Source: Podarcis liolepis (Eukaryota). From it: a stretch of 64,000 bases of DNA. How positions within the stretch are numbered: the first letter of the stretch is position 1; each line of letters starts with the position of its first letter. Position numbers and translations under genes: made by a program. Below the pieces are notes generated by a model, which saw nothing but the letters and a program-made list of their open reading frames with translations, was not told the origin of the DNA and searched no databases. Shown here one piece after another: positions 61,101 to 64,000 of this stretch. The DNA lies in assembly GCA_965112155.1 (NCBI GenBank), contig OZ218098.1, one strand, 5' to 3'.

Positions 61101-64000
61101 ATATTTAAGTACATTATTGGCATATATTCATTGTCTTCCTTATGTTATTAGAATTATTGTCCTTTGTTTTCTGCAAAGGGGAGGTGATACAAAAGCATTT
61201 CATAGATTTACTACTGTAGACAAATCAATGCATTACTTATGTTTACCTCAGGGAGGAATTGCATCTGGTGGCATCAGAGAACATTAAATTTGTAAATTAT
61301 AAAAATAAGCCATAGGTAAAATTAGAGCAGGGTTTTGAATATTGGTAATTTCTTTTAATTAGACTTGATGGGGATGATGTTCAGCAAGGTGTAGCAGACA
61401 GAACGTTATCAAGAGCAAGAGACTATATCCAAAACATTTCCCACAAATACACGTGTTGTACTGTAGAATTAAAATAAAAGGAAACCTGAATCAAAAAGAC
61501 AACTCTATTTTTTTGTTACTATTAAAGAAAAGCATTAGGGACAGATAATCTCAAAGGCAGGTGTTAAAACCTCTAAATGACCCTTACCACAGGCAGTACA
61601 TGAGTATCACAGGAATGCTATGCTTATTGTTACCCTACAAAGGTGCTATGCATAAGTTTCAAACTGCATTCCCTTCCCATCTAGCAAGGCTATATTGTAG
61701 CCACAACATGTGTCAGGGATGTGACAAGTGTCCCTCCAACTATTATAGAAGAGTTTGTTGAACAAGGTAAAAATGGAGTTTGCCAGCAATAAACCTCTAA
61801 TTCTGAGATGTTTCCCATCAATACCATTTAGAAGTGTGATCTACATACCATAATATAGCAGCCTAAAAATGATAATACTAAAAACTGTGCAAAAGATGCT
61901 GTGATGTTCCCGGAAGCAGTGACATAAAGTGTATTCAGCACAAAGTGGCAACAGTTTAGAGAATCTGTAGAGTAGGTACTGTATCTATTATACCTGTCAC
62001 GGCTTTGGAGTAGTATTCTCAACTTAAGTTGAGCAGTGCTGCTCAGCTGACAGTAAGGCTTTTGTCATCAGAACAGGAAAGGAAACAATTTGTGGTGATT
62101 CCCCCAATCTGCTGCTGCAGTCCCTTTGCCCTTCCTAAACCTGCTCCAGAGAGTTGGGAAACCCTCCTTATCATCAGCTGATTGACACTGCTGGATACAA
62201 CCAATGGAGTTTCACTGGCAAAATGATGCTGTTTGTGGGTAAATGTCTGCAGCCTATTCAGAAAATTGTGCAACTATTCCTTACTCTGGCTCAAGCCAAT
62301 GAGGAAACTAGTTTTATTTGTTCTGATTCAATCCCAGCCATGCTTATTAATTCTTTGCTGCCCTTGATTTACATATTCAAATTTGAAATTTATTATCCAA
62401 CACAAACTAGATTAAGCAATTCAAATTAACCCCATGACAGCAATCACTTCATTCCTGTGTGGCTAGAGTTGTTGTAATCAAAATTCATTCACAATATCTA
62501 TTTGGTTCACTTCCAGAAGTGGTAACGGTTATGCAGATCTCTGTGTAAGACATGACATGGAGAAACTAAACCACGGATTAAGACAAAGAAAATGAGTTGG
62601 TTAATAGTAAGCCAACATGCTAATTTAAAGCTTCATTAGTAAACTAAAGGATTTCTAATCACTATTGGATCAGATGTTTGGCAAAGTGACAACTCCAGAA
62701 AATAGTTTTTTCAGTCACTGCACTAAAAAAACCACATAGGCAACCTCCTGTGCTTTCCACAATTACCTTCTAGTCTGACCTATATCTCGACTGCATTTGT
62801 ACAACATGGAAAGAAATACAAATGCATTTCAACACAAAATAGTTTGAACATTAGCATACATATGCCATAAGTAAGAGGAATGTATAACAGCATTTTGACA
62901 ACATTCTTTTTAAGTAAATGCATAGGATAGGAATTATTTTGTCCCTGACAGCAAAGCATGAAAATACATCTTTGGGATATGCCTCTCCCTACATGCAAGG
63001 GGAACTGTTTTTCTAATACTGATGCTCTGGGCATGTTTATAAAGGTTTTCCTCCAGGGCTCTTCTAGAAGCATCATGACCGTGGATTTAGCACAAAATAT
63101 AAAAACTGAATATTGCAAGCAGTTTAAACAAGTCATAAATAAAGGAATGCCTTTTTAAGCTGAACTTTAGAAATCAAATGGTTATATGACATTAAATGCC
63201 TCACAAAAATGTAAGAATGAGCATGAAGAATTCATAACTTTGTTGTTTCAAGGCAGTTATCACAAAGTGATGTACCTCTGTATCAACAAGAATTATTTAC
63301 CTTCACGATAAATTATTCCCTGGAAGCACTTATGCACCATCTCAAAAGGGTATACCAAGAACTCTGGCCAGAGTTCTTGATATATCCTTTTCAGTGCAGT
63401 TTCAACAAGAACTCCAGTTTCTTTAACCATCTCAAAAGGGGGCATGTCATGTAACCCAGTTTTCCTAAACTGGTGTCCTCCAGAAGTTTGGGACAATTTC
63501 CAACAGTCCCAGGCAGCATAACTCGCCATCATGGATGAAGGGAGCCATAGTCCAGAAATCTGATGGACACCAGGTTGGGGAAGACTGATGTAGAATGTTT
63601 CAACCACACTCTATGAGGACAATTTGTTAGATGAAAGTAACTCTATAAAATTTGGTAACATGTGAAGACCAGAACACAGACACTTGGATTGCAGCCTCAG
63701 GGAAGCGTTGAGAGTCCCAGCAGCTTTTCATAGACATGGGAGAGGGCAAGAGAAAAGAGCTGACAAGGCAAGGGCAAAGAGAAAATTAATTTTCTTTGCT
63801 TGTATCATATTGATCTATTATCATCACTCACTGCCCAGTGTCACAAGGAACAATTTCAACACGAAAGCCTGCTGATGGAAAGATGAAAAGTCAAAATCAT
63901 GAATACACATCTCACTTGGCCATCGGATACTTAGCTCCCCTGATTCATTCCATTTCATTCTGAAATTTAAAAGTGAAGCGACAAAGCTGATATTGAACAC
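58190..64000 (-). other. Probable long 3'UTR of the next minus-strand gene (TTBK2 by conserved STARD9-CDAN1-TTBK2 synteny)
   Basis: AT-rich, repeat-poor, no credible ORF; minus-strand AATAAA at 58211-58216 and Pumilio-type TGTACATA at 58330-58337. Gene identity is inference only; no TTBK2 coding sequence seen. Confidence 0.45.
59853..59880. repeat. (TA)n microsatellite
   Basis: Directly visible. Confidence 0.9.

Overview
Eukaryotic genomic DNA from a squamate reptile, probably a lacertid lizard, judged from the Sauria SINE, BovB/RTE, a tRNA-Lys/CR1-tail SINE and the squamate MITE families present. Exon-by-exon reading gives four transcription units. (1) The 3' part of STARD9 (+): a >5.7 kb giant exon plus 10 exons encoding the C-terminal coiled coil and START domain, stop at 14342. 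(2) A complete 28-exon CDAN1 (codanin-1) gene (-), 46258 to 18639, 1315 aa, with every splice phase consistent. (3) An intact two-exon ~368-aa Myb/SANT-like (Myb_DNA-bind_5 type, Harbinger/PIF-related) gene (+), 47055-50181, head-to-head with CDAN1 on one CpG island, ATGs ~0.8 kb apart. I cannot assign it to a named human gene. (4) An AT-rich 58.2-64 kb stretch that is probably the long 3'UTR of the next minus-strand gene (TTBK2 by vertebrate synteny; inferred only). Introns carry Tc1/mariner-pogo and hAT MITEs, SINEs and L2/CR1/BovB fragments. The best candidate for an undescribed system is the apparently domesticated Harbinger-type Myb gene sharing a cell-cycle-type (E2F/NF-Y) bidirectional promoter with the ASF1 regulator CDAN1. 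No searches were run; homology calls rest on recall of these protein and repeat families.
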